Assembly (NCBI RefSeq): GCF_002902945.1
Contig: NZ_CP026103.1
Coordinates: 1,044,259 to 1,060,258 of the forward strand
Direction: 5' to 3'
From: Paraburkholderia caribensis
Lineage (GTDB): Bacteria > Pseudomonadota > Gammaproteobacteria > Burkholderiales > Burkholderiaceae
Length of the DNA stretch: 16,000 nt
The notes below the pieces were generated by a model. That model was not told where the DNA came from, ran no database searches, and was given only the letters and a program-made list of their open reading frames with translations. Position numbers and translations under genes: made by a program. Below are positions 14,948-16,000 of this stretch, piece after piece. Each line of letters starts with the position of its first letter. The stretch's first letter is position 1.

Positions 14948-15340
14948 TCAAATCCCCACATCCTCCACCAACCCCGCTTTCAGCGCCCGAATGCGCCGAT
15001 CAACGAAATACCCGCCGCCTTCCGTATAACGCAGGTACAACCGCCCGCACGCCGAACACTCCCACACGCCACACCGGTTATACGGAAAGTACCGTGGCGC
15101 GATCGGCGCATCCGGCGACCAGTACTGAACGTTATCCGGCCGGTACTCAGCAAACGTAGGCTCAGGATCATCTTCGCGCATGAGCGTCGCCACCTCGACA
15201 AGCCGCGTCTCATCGAGCGAAAGCGGCTGCGATTGCCATCCATCCAGCGGCGTCTTCGTGCAGGAGCACGGCGCAGGACCATTCTCTTCAGCGCGCTGGG
15301 CAAGTGCGACGAGAGCCGCCGCGTCCACATAGGGTGTCAT
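14948..15340 (-). CDS. Hypothetical Cys-rich protein (130 aa)
   Basis: The ORF has GC-rich third codon positions like the host genes. It contains PCSC and CGVWECSACG motifs (possible zinc ribbon). The Shine-Dalgarno sequence is weak, and I recognised no family. Confidence 0.5.
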   Translation of the reverse strand: MTPYVDAAALVALAQRAEENGPAPCSCTKTPLDGWQSQPLSLDETRLVEVATLMREDDPEPTFAEYRPDNVQYWSPDAPIAPRYFPYNRCGVWECSACGRLYLRYTEGGGYFVDRRIRALKAGLVEDVGI

Positions 15341-15436
15341 GAAGTATTGCCTGTTTCCGGGTTGGTTCGATGCCGACGGCGCGAGCGTCCCTTATACATC
15401 AACTCGCGCAACCACGCCGCGCCGCTCGCCAGCACC

Positions 15437-15628
15437 TCACCCCTTCATCATCCGCTCACGATGCGGCATCACCCATGAGCGGTCGAAACGGCCTTCGGCA
15501 ATCGATCGCATTGCAGCCGCCTCCTTCGCGCCCTGCTTGCGCGCGCCCTCGATCACGCTTTCCACATCGGAAGGCGCGATCGCCAGTAGCCCATCTTCGT
15601 CGCCGACGATGATGTCGCCCGGATTCAA
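15437..15628 (-). pseudogene. C-terminal remnant of an RraA-like / HMG-CHA aldolase family gene
   Basis: LNPGDIIVGDEDGLLAIAPSDVESVIEGARKQGAKEAAAMRSIAEG matches the conserved C-terminal PGD-x-[IV]-x-[GA]-D-x-DG-[VL] block and tail helix of RraA-family proteins. The ~160 N-terminal residues are absent. Only a TTG start is available, and the upstream in-frame sequence (ERANREHERTKRGAR) is not RraA-like. Confidence 0.55.
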
Positions 15629-15737
15629 CTTGCGCGCGCCACGCTTCGTGCGTTCGTGTTCCCGATTGGCGCGTTCATCGTGCCCGAGACGCGTGGCCGG
15701 CTCGATCAGCCGGCTTCGCTCAACACGAACTGAGGTC

Positions 15738-16000
15738 TCACGGGTCCGCCGCGCTCTTCGTGACGCGGCGGATTTCTTCGGCGATGATGTCGATCAGGGC
15801 TTGCGCGGCAGGCCCGACCGGCCGCTTCGGATGCGACACCTGAACGATGTGACGCAAGATTGACGGCGTCGTGATGCGGTGTGCGCGCAGCGTGCCTTCG
15901 TCCACTTTGCGCTGCACGACGACACGCGGCAAGATCGTCGCGACGCTGCTCTGCTCGACGAACTGTACGATGGTGCTCAGCAGATCGATTTCGAACGTGG
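15738..16000 (-). CDS. LysR-family transcriptional regulator, C-terminal part (5' end beyond window)
   Basis: The frame is open from the window edge: TFEIDLLSTIVQFVEQSSVATILPRVVVQRKVDEGTLRAHRITTPSILRHIVQVSHPKRPVGPAAQALIDIIAEEI...*. This is a typical LysR substrate-binding domain C-terminus. The TTG at 15932 in the track is internal. Confidence 0.8.
   Translation of the reverse strand, partial: TFEIDLLSTIVQFVEQSSVATILPRVVVQRKVDEGTLRAHRITTPSILRHIVQVSHPKRPVGPAAQALIDIIAEEIRRVTKSAADP

Noticed and set aside
1-16000. Scan for CRISPR arrays, tRNA/rRNA genes, integron attC sites and long direct repeats
   Set aside because: I saw no regularly spaced repeats, no cloverleaf-like or rRNA-like segments, and no repeat longer than those already listed. 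This was a by-eye inspection only, so small structured RNAs could have been missed.

Overview
High-GC window, probably from a Burkholderiales-type betaproteobacterium (inferred from composition and gene content only). Left to right: (1) The 3' end of a Met/Gly/His-rich protein gene. (2) A BigR/SqrR-type persulfide-responsive sulfide detoxification locus. The minus strand carries an ArsR-family repressor, two YeeE/YedE half-size membrane proteins and TauE. The plus strand carries an MBL-fold persulfide-dioxygenase-like gene and a DUF442::type-II SQR fusion. The 84-bp AT-rich gap between the two arms holds two back-to-back overlapping sigma70-like promoters and several inverted repeats. (3) A cytochrome b562 / cytochrome b561 gene pair, divergent from an OmpR-family response regulator and QseC/PmrB-like histidine kinase. 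A TTAAC-N5-TTAAC direct repeat sits 10 bp upstream of a -10-like hexamer facing the cytochromes. (4) A stand-alone, apparently intact arsA with visibly lower GC than its neighbours and no arsR/D/B/C in the window. (5) Two adjacent insertion sequences: an IS110-family element with a 13-bp perfect subterminal inverted repeat, and an ISNCY-like element with 27-bp perfect terminal inverted repeats. (6) A Cys-rich hypothetical gene, a C-terminal remnant of an RraA-like aldolase gene, and the 3' part of a LysR-family regulator cut by the window edge. I saw no rRNA, tRNA or CRISPR array. I do not see a convincing, clearly novel multi-gene system. The items most worth follow-up are the two-component-linked b562/b561 module, the DUF442::SQR fusion with its compact bidirectional control region, the orphan arsA, and the IS110/ISNCY junction with its possible bridge-RNA-coding ends. 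All family assignments rest on motif recognition by eye, not on searches.
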